DNA of 64,000 nt, from NCBI RefSeq assembly GCF_009914755.1, contig NC_060926.1; one strand, given 5' to 3'. Positions 12,822-28,862 of this stretch are shown piece after piece. Below the pieces are notes generated by a model. The model did no database searches. It saw nothing but the letters and a program-made list of their open reading frames with translations, and was not told the DNA's origin. How positions within the stretch are numbered: position 1 is the first letter of the stretch; every line of letters begins with the position of its first letter. The DNA comes from the human T2T-CHM13v2.0 reference genome, Homo sapiens. The position numbers and the translations under genes are program-made.

Positions 12822-13275
12822 TTAATGAGTATGTTTTTCATTTACAGTTCACAAATCTTAGAATTCCAGTTAAAATAACAATCTCAATATAGTGTTAAGT
12901 ACAAATCCTAAAATTTAAAGTTAGGTTATGAGAAGTAGTCAAAGATTGAGCTGAAAAATATATTCATTCCCTTCCCTTCCACTCTCCCATCACTCCTCCA
13001 TGGGGAAAAAAAATCACGAATATGTTGCACGTTGTAGGAACAAAAATGGATTTACCTTTTTTGTCTTCTTTTCCTTTTACTAATCTCTACATTGGTAGGT
13101 CCTATATGGAAAATCAATTTCTGCTTTATTCTTGTAAGCTTGGTTTTATCTTTCTAAATATATTCTTCTTGTCAGAACCCAATCAAGCATTTTACTCTCT
13201 CCTGTTTATAAATTGTTGTCCTACTTTATAATTTTGGTTATGATTGTCTCTGGTTCATTTTATCCTTTGTCATAG

Positions 13276-13467
13276 GCATTGTGGCTCTGGAGACCTGGAA
13301 GCACTGCTAACTGTTCTCTCGATTTTCTGACGCTCGGCCACATCAACCTGTCATACTAGTTGTGAGGAGAAGTCAAGGACAGTGACACAGCCAGCCAGTC
13401 TGAGGCATTTTCCATCATCCTGAAGGAGTTGCCCTATCCTGCTTTTCACTGGAGGGGGCATGGATGG
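13276..13467 (+). ncRNA. Candidate non-coding (lncRNA or UTR) exon
   Basis: Acceptor TTTTATCCTTTGTCATAG|G; donor TGG|GTAGGT (alternative TAG|GTAAAC after 13471); interior unique and more GC-rich than flanks. No transcript evidence available. Confidence 0.35.
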
Positions 13468-13621
13468 GTAGGTAAACACACCTGCCGTGAAGTTTCCAGT
13501 TCTATCCTCCTGCAAGGCCTTCGGGGATAAGTGTGTTAGAAGATTGGTCAGTATCATTTGCCAACTTGATGTCTCTTCCTTTTTTAATGATCCTTAGTTT
13601 CCCCACTGTTTCCTGTCACAG

Positions 13622-13685
13622 GATTCAATTTCACTCCACATTCATCCTTTCTTACTGGGCACTGATGTTGAGAGCATCAGGCAGG
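13622..13685 (+). ncRNA. Candidate short non-coding exon
   Basis: Acceptor TTTCCCCACTGTTTCCTGTCACAG|G; weak donor CAGG|GTATAA at the edge of an antisense MLT1. Confidence 0.25.
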
Positions 13686-14025
13686 GTATAATGTTATGTT
13701 GCAGTAACAAACACCCTCAATATCTCAGTGGCTTAAAATGACAACGATCTTTTTTTTGTTTGTTTGTTTATGCTCTATATCACCCAGGGATCCTGGATGA
13801 CAAAGCAGTCACCTACTTGAACACTGCTAATTATGAAGTCAGAAAGAGGAAAGTTTGCAGAGTTTTGTATTGGCAATCAAACATTCAGCCACAGGTCACA
13901 GTCTAGAACCAGACACATCAGTGTCCTCAACTGCAAAGTAGCCAGGAAGCAGCATCCCATAACACAGTCCTATGTCCACTGTTTTGGAGGTAGGAAATTG
14001 GAAATATTCAGTGAGTAGCACTGTG
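13675..14025 (-). mobile_element. MLT1I/J-type MaLR LTR
   Basis: GTTATGTTGCAGTAACAAACACCCTCAATATCTCAGTGGCTTAAAA is the antisense MLT1J 3' end; GGAAATATTCAGTGAGTAGCACT the antisense 5' end. Confidence 0.75.
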
Positions 14026-14880
14026 AGTAGGGCAGTAATTTCATTTTTTAATTAAACAAATGGAAGATGGCAGCTCCTCAGTTTTTTCTTCTATGGTTTA
14101 TTTCTGATGTCTTATCTTAATTAATATATCCTGATATCTATTTCCCATTACTTAGTCTGTCCTTTTTCCCAATATCCAGTTATTTTCAGTAAATATTTTC
14201 TGTCATTACACCCAGCAGTCTAACTTTTTGCGACTTCAGTGTCTATTCTCATTCCTCAGTCCCAAATCCATTTTCTTTATTAGATTTATCTGAACTCCTG
14301 CAGCTCTTTCTGTCTGCATCACACAACTTAACCTTTAATTACTTGCCTACTGGGCATTCTACTTGGTTCTGCCTTTTATCAGCTGAATCAGAACATAACT
14401 TTCTCTCACCACCTCCCTCCCCTACTCCAAATTGACTTTACCTCCTGATCCCCTATTTCCAAAGTGGTTCCATTATTCTTCTCAGTGCTCAGCCTTAACA
14501 TCTTCGTTTCTGTTTGACTTCTAATCTCTGGCATCTCATAATTGTGCAGTTACCAAACTCTCCCCCATGAACTCGATGTGCTCATGTGGATCAAATGACA
14601 CAGTAAAAGTGAAAGCACGTTGTAGACTCCAAATACAAGAGGATACTGCTCTCTATTCCTTCAACTATTTTTCATTCCTTATTTATTTATTCATCATTCA
14701 TTTATTCATGTAGTTACTCAAGACCTAAGTGTTTTCTTGGAACTGTGTTTGTTACTGAGGAAGCCACAAATTAAATATAAGTCTGCTCTTCAAGAGGTTA
14801 CATTCCAGTTAAGGAGATTGCATATCCATATTTCCAGAAGTACCAATGTGATTGAAGCAAGGGAAATTGCTATGGGATAT

Positions 14881-15035
14881 CTGACCAACTGGATATTCTG
14901 CTGGAAGAGCAGAATGCACTTCAAAGACTAGCCAATAAAACTCTCATGTAAGATATGTTTTTCTTTTTGTTTCTATTTAACTAATGAATAGAACCTCAGT
15001 GATTTAAGGAAAGGCAGGCCCATGATATGGAAAGA
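14881..15035 (+). repeat. Local low-copy duplication, copy 1 (pairs with 15800-16091)
   Basis: Shared blocks GCAGAATGCACTTC-AAGACTAGCCAA, TAATGAATAGAACCTCAGTGA, AAGGAAAGGCAGG-CCA-GATATGGAAAGA in the same order. Confidence 0.9.
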
Positions 15036-15199
15036 GAAGGGGATGATGATGATATTCTGGAATGGTCGTGCAAGGCTTCAGGAGGAAGTGAGAGTGATGA
15101 TTGAATCATATAACTCCTGAATAAATATCTGGAATAAACATCTCCAGAATAAAACATCTGGAGGATTCTCAGTATACTTAGAATAAAATTGAGCCTCCT

Positions 15200-15690
15200 C
15201 ATGAAGGCCTACTAGCACCTTCATGATCAAACCCCTTTTCAACTTTGACCTTCTTTCTTATTTTAGGGGCTCCTGACACACTGACCTCTGTCAGTTCCTT
15301 CAGCACACCAGGCTAATCCCCAGTCTTGCGCCTTTGGACCAGAGGTTTTCTTTGCTCAGAATACTGTTTCAACAGATCTTTGCATAGCTGGCTCTCGCTA
15401 TTTGACTAAAATGTCAATCCTCAGAGAGGTACTCCTTAAATATCCAATCTTAAGTAGCATCCCTTTCTCCCAGGATCCTGTTTTTCAGAACTCTGTTTTC
15501 TTTTTAAAACACTTGTTATCTGAAAGGATGTTGTCTGCTTGCTTGTTTGTTCATTTCTTTATTGTCTATTCCATCTCACCCCTTCTCAGGATGTAAGCTG
15601 TTTAAAGGCAAGGACCTTATCTGTGTTACATGCTGTATTCCCAGGGCTCAGACAGAGCATGACCTATCGTATGTACTAAATAAATATCTC
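15200..15690 (+). mobile_element. L2a 3' region
   Basis: CAGATCTTTGCATAGCTGGCTC…GATGTAAGCTGTTTAAAGGCAAGGACCTTATCTG…CTGTATTCCCAGGGCTCAGACAGAGC…AATAAATAT. Confidence 0.8.
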
Positions 15691-15799
15691 CTCATACTGT
15701 AAAGCTTTCCTGACTCTAATCTCTCTTTTGGGGACCATTACCAAGCCTCATTACTGGGTTCTTTCTCTTTAATGCCACTTTTACTATATAGCAAATGTT

Positions 15800-15856
15800 C
15801 TGGCCAGTGGGATGTTGCTAGAAGTGCAGAATGCACTTCTAAGACTAGCCAAAATA

Positions 15857-15928
<72 letters not shown>

Positions 15929-16091
15929 AAAACAGAAAACAGAAAAAAAAACCTCTCACTTAAGTTTTTTTTCTTTCTATTAAATTAATGAATAGAACCT
16001 CAGTGAGGTTCTATTTCCTTAGAAATAGAAGGAATTTCTAAGGCAGGTCCTTCTGCCTTAGAAGGAAAGGCAGGTCCACGATATGGAAAGA
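15800..16091 (+). repeat. Local duplication, copy 2, with internal (AAAG)18 and an inverted-repeat insertion
   Basis: Colinear with 14881-15035 apart from extra sequence at ~15856-15950 and ~16007-16061. Confidence 0.9.
15856..15927. repeat. (AAAG)18 tetranucleotide STR
   Basis: Uninterrupted units counted directly. Confidence 0.97.
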
Positions 16092-16167
16092 CCCTTGGCC
16101 CCTGCAGGACCTTGTATTAGGCTGCCTGATTGGCACCATCTTCTCTGACCTATGATGAGAGTAACAA

Positions 16168-16225
16168 GTGTGTGTGTGTGTGTGTGTTTGTGCGTGTGTG
16201 AGAGAGAAAGAGAGAGAGGAGAGAA

Positions 16226-16258
<33 letters not shown>
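16168..16258. repeat. Compound (TG)n(GA)n microsatellite
   Basis: Read directly. Confidence 0.95.
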
Positions 16259-16454
16259 CCTCTGAGAATTTGGCACTTATCTGTTATAGCATTTGATATT
16301 GCTTACCCTATCATACATGGCAACAAAATCTTCCATCATTTGGCTACATGCACTTTTCTAACTCTTCAAGTACTATACACATTCTCAACCATAAACTGTT
16401 CTTTCTTTTGAAAGGACAGTTTTTCTGTCTTAATTCTACCTTGACTTCTATCCT

Positions 16455-17030
16455 ATAGCATTCTGCAGTGAAAAGGACATGGACCTTGGAATTAAATTTG
16501 AGATTGAACTCAAGATCCACCTCAACCTACCAACATATATTCGGCATGTTACCCACCTCTCTGAACCTTGCTTTCCTTCTTTGTACAGATGGAGGAAAGT
16601 CACGACTAACCATTCTGTTGTGAAAGATTAAATAAGATGGTGCACATGACTTCATATATGTTCATTAATACATTTCTTTCTGTTTCTTCAAGAAACTTCT
16701 TTCCCTTCTTTACACATGTAAAAGTCCTTTGAGTCTTACAAGTTCTTCACTATGCCCCAGGTTTTCTAGAGCACATTTGGAAAGAATGTTGACAGAACAG
16801 GTAAGAGTACGACCTCTGGGTTCAAATTTTGGCTTTGACCTTTAAGAGCTAAGTAAACTTAGACAAGTTATTTAACACCTTTGTACCTCAAGTTCATCAT
16901 CTTTAAAACTGGAATACTAATAGTACATAACTTGTACTGCTCTTTTGAAGGTTCAATGAGTTAAGGAATGCAAAGTCCTTAGAAGAGTGTAGTGCACAAA
17001 GTAAGCACTACAACAATAATACTTAGTTGT
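16455..17030 (+). mobile_element. Two MIR copies (~16455-16675 and ~16795-17030)
   Basis: CACCTCTCTGAACCTTGCTTTCCTTCTTTGTACAGATGG; ACTTAGACAAGTTATTTAACACCTTTGTACCTCAAGTTCATCATCTTTAAAACTGGAATA. Confidence 0.75.
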
Positions 17031-17094
17031 TATTTTAAATTTTTTTTTTAAACCTTTCAAACCTAACCATCCCAACTCCTACTGACACTGCTCT

Positions 17095-17372
17095 TTTCTT
17101 TCTTTTTTTATTTATTTTTTTGAGGTGGGGTCTCACTCTGTTCTTAGCTCACTGCAGCCTCTGCCTTCCCCAGCTCAAGTGATCCTCCCACCTCAGCTTC
17201 CAGAGTAGCTGGGACTACAGATGTCCACCACCATGCCTGGCTAGGTGTTTTTGTAGATACAGGGTTTCACCATGTAGCCCAGGCTGGTCTAGAACTCCTG
17301 GACTGAGCAATCTACCTGCCTCGGCCTCCCAAGATACTGGGATTACAGACTCGTGAGACACCCTGCCCAGCC
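17095..17372 (-). mobile_element. AluJ with a small internal deletion
   Basis: GCTCAAGTGATCCTCCCACCTCAGC is J-type; degraded T-rich tail. Confidence 0.9.
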
Positions 17373-19344
17373 TCCTCTTTCTATACTTAAGATACTTGTT
17401 GTACCCATTGTATTGTTTTCCTTTTAAAAAGAAAGCCTTCCTGACAAGTAACTTTGCAAGCTACAGTTTTTAATATCCACACTGTTCTATATCAACCCTT
17501 CTAGCCAATGTTATAGGCAGCAAAAATAGAATTTAACTAAATTACATTTAAAAAAATGCAAGCCTATGGCCCTCATGCACTCTACTTTATTGCCATGTGG
17601 TTTTTGGTCCTTAATGCAAAGATATTTCCCGCCCCCCCCATCTAACTTAACATTATAGTAGAAGACTTTAATTTGAAATGGTGTCTTGGTTTAGGGCAAA
17701 CAAAAATTGAGGAAAAGACAGGCAATAGACGAATAACTGGGTTAAAGTTTTCAGCAGCCTGATTATACTAATGAAGGACTACAAGTCCTATTGTGAGGAT
17801 TTATAGGAAAAAAAGGCAAATATAACTAGAAAATTATTGGTTATTTATCAATTCTATGAATAAAAAAAGAAAGAACAGAATTGGTAGTAGGAAGTCTTAT
17901 AAGTAAATTTATCTCAAAGTCAGATTGGATGTTCTAAACCCATAATTATAATTGCTAGGCCCAAAATTGGATATGTTGCTATTGCTTTGTACATTTTTCT
18001 CTTTGCTTCTCATTTGTGTTTTTAATCAATTAATTACAATTAAAGCAAGGATATTTATCATAAAACTTTGATCAGACCAATGTTTTCCAATCTGTGCAAC
18101 TTATATAACAGCAATTTCTTTTATTCTTAGTAGTAAAATAAAATATTTACAGAAAAATAAACTATGTTGGGAAATGGTACTTCATTGCCACAAACCAAGT
18201 CATCTAATTTCCCAACTGTTCATAAAGTAGTTTTGAATAAATCGGAGAATGGTTCAGGAAACACTATCCTAGGACCATCTCAGGACACCAGGCATTCATT
18301 CTTATTCTGCCATATGAACAAGTGATTTATTGCTCAATAACTACTTAGTTTTGCTGTCTGTGAATGTGAATTATAATTTTAAAGATTCACATTAGATATT
18401 TTAGAGATGCTTCCTAATCTCTGGCTGAGATTATTGATAATTGAAAGGAGACTAAGGAATACAGTGGCCATGTATTCCTCATGTTTTACTCCTGTACTGG
18501 CTCATATAACTATAACAATGATATGCCTGGATACCAGTATTCAAGTTTTAACAAAGAATCACCTACAATTTTACAAGTTTATCAGTAATAAATTATATTA
18601 AGTTCCAATATAAATAATTTTATGTAATTTATAAGCTAGTAATCAAAGATAGTGTCATTTATTTTATTCAAAATCATATTAAATGTACACAGTATACATT
18701 TTTGTAGAATTCAGAACTGGTAAAAGTATTTCTTGATGAACTAGTTGTCTTTTCTAACTACACCATAAGAGTTATTTCTTTTCTTTCTCACCTTGAATTC
18801 AGAGCACTCAGAGATAAGCCTTTTGATTAATAGTAGCAGCTTCTCTTAGCCTTGGTTTTCCTTTAAATCTATTATTTCTATCCTGCCTTTTACATTCTTC
18901 CTTCTCCTCAACATTGTCTTTTTATTCAACTCGAATTTTCTCTCTTATTTAAGTATCTTCATTATATGTTTACCTTTTGTCATAGCTGCTTCAAATCCTT
19001 TGAAGAGCTTCCTATTTTCTGTGCTTTCTAAAGAGGTGACTAGCTAATATGAAAAACTTGTTTCTGTTAATGTATAAGGATTAAAATATAAAGTGGGAAG
19101 TCTTGCCTTCTGGACATGATAGATTATCTTCTCAAATTTAAAAGTCACTCTGGAAATTTTAGGCCAAAAAGAAAGAGAAAAAAATGCCACTAGGACCACT
19201 GGGGACGCTTTGGGGGTAGTTCTTTAGAGCTCACAGTAGTTCTTCTGCTATGATAGATGATGTTAGAGCCCAAAGAAACCATAGAAACCTTATAGAGCAA
19301 CACCCTCATTTCCTGAATTTTACATATGAGAAAATGAAGTCCAG

Positions 19345-20360
19345 TTATAGCATAAGAATAGATACATAGATCACCGGAATAGAATGAGACTAGAGAAATA
19401 AATCTTTGTATACAGGGTCAATTGATTTCAATAAGGGTGTCCAAAAAATTTGATGATGAAAGACTAGTCTTTTCAACAAATGGTGTAGAAACAACTGGAT
19501 ATCTACATGTAACAAATGAATTTGGACCCCTTCCTCACTCCATCTGCAAAAAATACCACAAAATGGATCACAGACCTAAATATAGAGCTAAAACTATAAA
19601 TCCCTTAGAAGAAAATATTGGAATAAATATTTGCTCCCTTGGGTTGAGCAAAACCTTCTTAGATATAACAACAAACACAAGCAACAACAAAGTAAATTGG
19701 AGTTCATCAAAATTAAAAAGTTTGTGTTTCAAAGGCTACGGTCAAGAGAGTGAAAGGCAATTCCACAAAATAGAGAAACTACCTGCAAACCATATATCTG
19801 CCAGGGAACTTATATTTAGATTATATATATTTTTAAAACTCTTACAGCTCAATAACAAATAGACAAATCGCTGAATTTAAGAATAGACAAATGATCTGAA
19901 TGGATATTTCTTCTAAAAAGATAAACAAATGTTCAATATACAAATAAAAAGAGACCAACACCATTAGACCTGTGAAATGTGAATCAAAACCACAATCAGA
20001 TACCACTTCATACCAACTAGGATAGTAATAATCAAAAAGACAGATAATTACAAGCATTGGCAAGGATGTGAAGAAGTGTGGACACTCATACGCTGCTGGT
20101 GGAATATAAGTGTTGCAGGTACTTTGGAAAATAGTCTGGCCCTTCCTCAAAAAGTTAACCATAAAGTTACCATATGACCTAGCAATTCCACTCCTATGTA
20201 TATACCCGAGACCTGAAAACATACATTCCCACACAATCTCGTACATAAATGTTCATAACAGCATTATTCATAGTAGTCAAAAAGTAGAAACAACCCAAAT
20301 GTTCCTCAACTGATGAACAAATAACCCAAATATGGTATATTCATACAGTGGAAATACTTT
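19345..20360 (+). mobile_element. L1M (L1MB/MC-like) ORF2 3' region
   Basis: TCTTTTCAACAAATGGTGTAGAAACAACTGGATATC, GACCTAGCAATTCCACTCCTA, CAACCCAAATGTTCCTCAACTGATGAA; ORF 20110-20313 LPYDLAIPLLCIYP is the L1 ORF2 C-terminal motif. Confidence 0.9.
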
Positions 20361-20364
20361 TCAT

Positions 20365-21019
<655 letters not shown>

Positions 21020-21021
21020 TA

Positions 21022-25201
<4,180 letters not shown>

Positions 25202-25464
25202 TTGTTTCTCTGAATAACCCTGATTAATATACCAATATATTGATCAGTGCAGGGCTTCTTTTTCTTTTCTTTCTTCCCCCCAAGTCTGACCACCCAGTGT
25301 AGCTGTAATGCAAGCAGTTCTGTTGTGTTTTCTTTTTCCAAAAATCAACATACTTTCTGGGGAAGACAATTTTAATTGAAAGTTAAGTTGCATACTGTAA
25401 TCAAATATATCATTTTTATTTTTCATCATTATTGATAATTTGATGTTATATTTGAATATCCTAA

Positions 25465-25850
<386 letters not shown>

Positions 25851-26943
25851 TAATGTGAAGCTAATATTTTATTTTATTTCTTATTTTTGCCTTTTTCCAA
25901 ACTGTTGTGCACTTCTCCCAGATAAACATCTCCTAATATCTGCTTATTATAAGCCCTTATGGCTTGTTAGAACCTACCATTACTTTTATTACCATGGATA
26001 ATATAATTTTGATTGTAGAAAGCTCATTTCAGGATGAGCTCAGAGAATACAGTGAACTACTGTGTCAAAGACTTTGAAAGGCTGCAATAAATAAAAGAGA
26101 GCTGTGGTAAACAATCTTCAGAAGATCATCTGTCCCAAATGCATTGTCCTGATTTCTTATGTTCCATTCATAGCTTAGTGATAAAAGGATGAATGGACCC
26201 ACTCTTGATTAATTTTACTTTACATTAGGGGGGCTAGAAAATCAGATATTCGTTTTCATTATTTATTGGCTTTTTTCTGTAATAAGCATTTAGACTTTCA
26301 GCAGTATTGATGTTTTGATTGGGTGTTGCATATAATTTTACAATTTGTTCAATCATTTATTAGATATTATATGCCCTGTTTGTAGGGAAATGTGTCTGGA
26401 ACAGACTGATGTTGGCTGCTGAGGATGGTTCACTGATTTGTAGTTTAGATGAGTCAACACATACAATATATTACTATTTGGAAGTAAACCACAGAAGACC
26501 AGCAACAGTTTCTACCCGATTTAATACACCTTTGGGAGGACAGTTTCTCATCTAACAATGCTTATGCCTCAGAAAGCTATTTATTATGAACACTCTGGAT
26601 ACAGACAGTGGAAATGTTTTCAGTTAACATACTGTCTAATCTCTTGGAGTTAAACAAGAAAAATGTTTAACACAGGCTTAGAGGGGATATAGGCTTTGAT
26701 AATTTTTTAGATCACAAATGTTAGGACAGTACGCTCAAACGAATTTTTTTTTTTTAGAAGTGCTGAAAATTTAGAAAGAATAATCAGAGCTTGGGACACA
26801 GAAATTGCATTCCAGTATAAATACATTATTCTTAAATTGGTTTGGCATTCCTAACAATCACCAAATAACTCACCCTCAAGATTAACTAAAAATTTTCAAG
26901 ATAAGTGGTTTTGTTAATATGTAAAATATTATTAGATTCTCAT

Positions 26944-26946
<3 letters not shown>

Positions 26947-26983
<37 letters not shown>
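26947..26983. repeat. (CA)~18 microsatellite
   Basis: Read directly. Confidence 0.97.
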
Positions 26984-26987
<4 letters not shown>

Positions 26988-27306
26988 ATATATCTCCAAA
27001 TTTCACAATGGTTATCTTAGAGAGGGATGACATTTTCCTAAAGTTTTTGTATTTCTATTTTTTTTTAAATCACTATGATGGAATGTGTGTATTTATATTT
27101 AGAAAAAATGTAAAACCCATTTTAATATAACCATCAAAAATATATGTTATATTGGAACATAAGAGGCTTCACATCATATTTTAAGTGCTAAATTAAAAGA
27201 TACAGCAGGGCATTTAATCTACTAAGATACAGATTAAAATCCACTGTCATATTTATTTTTATTTAATTTGGTGACTCTTCCCTCTTTTTCTATTTCTCAT
27301 CTCCAG

Positions 27307-27435
27307 GAATTTCTATTCTTACAGCAGAAATAGACATTTGTAATAAGCTTTGGCTCACAGTCAGGGTTGCCACTGCCACTGCAAAACAGGCAAATTGAAT
27401 TGAAGCAGCTAAAAAAACCTCAGGTTTTGGTGAAG
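27307..27435 (+). ncRNA. Candidate 129-nt non-coding exon
   Basis: Long pyrimidine tract CTCTTCCCTCTTTTTCTATTTCTCATCTCCAG|G with upstream GTGAC branch-like site; donor AAG|GTATGT; stop codons in all three frames. Confidence 0.4.
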
Positions 27436-27735
27436 GTATGTCTCTTCTATGCAACCTTAAGTCTAGTAACATTCTCATCTGATTGGATGCATGCATAACC
27501 ATGATAAGAATAATTCAATACCTCTGTGAAAAACAAACAAATGAAAACTACACAGTCTTGAAGGGGACTACAAAGAAATATATTTTATATACTGAGTGAA
27601 AAAGAACTTCAAGGGCATCATACACAATGTAGGTGTGTTAGTGGTGAATTTCATCCCAAACTGCCACTTAAAGTCTTTGTTTTCCCATTAAAACATGTAA
27701 AATTCTATCCTGAATATATAAGATAGATACATTTG

Positions 27736-27738
<3 letters not shown>

Positions 27739-27766
<28 letters not shown>
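27739..27766. repeat. (TG)~14 microsatellite
   Basis: Read directly. Confidence 0.95.
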
Positions 27767-27814
27767 CATACTCACAATATACACTTAGATACACACATAA
27801 TTTATAAGAGAAGA

Positions 27815-28085
27815 CCCTGAGTGGTAGTTAAGAGCATGGAGTCTGCCTGGCTGGCACAAATTGTGGCTCTCTCACTTGCTGTTTGGGTTTGGGAAGTTTG
27901 ATTAACCTGTCTGTGCCTCAGTTTTCTGTTTTGTAACATGAGAATTACTGGTGTATTACATTCATAAGACTGTGGTGAGGATTAAATGGCTCTATAAATC
28001 TAGACATTTAGGATGGTGTCTGACACGCTTTGGAAAGGTTTGTCACACTTTGATAACTACAATGAGATTCCTATTATTATCTTTG
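27815..28085 (+). mobile_element. MIR
   Basis: GTAGTTAAGAGCATGGAGTCTG…TTAACCTGTCTGTGCCTCAGTTTTCT…GTGAGGATTAAATG. Confidence 0.85.
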
Positions 28086-28312
28086 AGACTGGGATGTTAC
28101 ACTGGGACATCGGAACATGGAGCAGGTATTCCCTGAGTGTGGAGACAGGAATCGCTGACTCAGAATATGCTAGAAACTGAGACATGAAAACTCAAGAAGA
28201 AATAGAGAGTGAGTTTAATGAGTGAGCACCAAAAGTTAGGCAACCTACCATTAACAGGGTGTGGCCTGCAACAAGATTTCAAAAGCAAGCAAAGATTTAA
28301 AAAGCAAGTAAA

Positions 28313-28862
<550 letters not shown>

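Noticed and set aside
15738-16276. KERK-, SFFL- and SLSL/HT-repeat ORFs
   Set aside because: Translations of (AAAG)n, (GA)n and (TG)n microsatellites
19422-20313. ORFs of 146, 134 and 67 aa
   Set aside because: Frameshifted L1 ORF2 remnants or their antisense, not host genes
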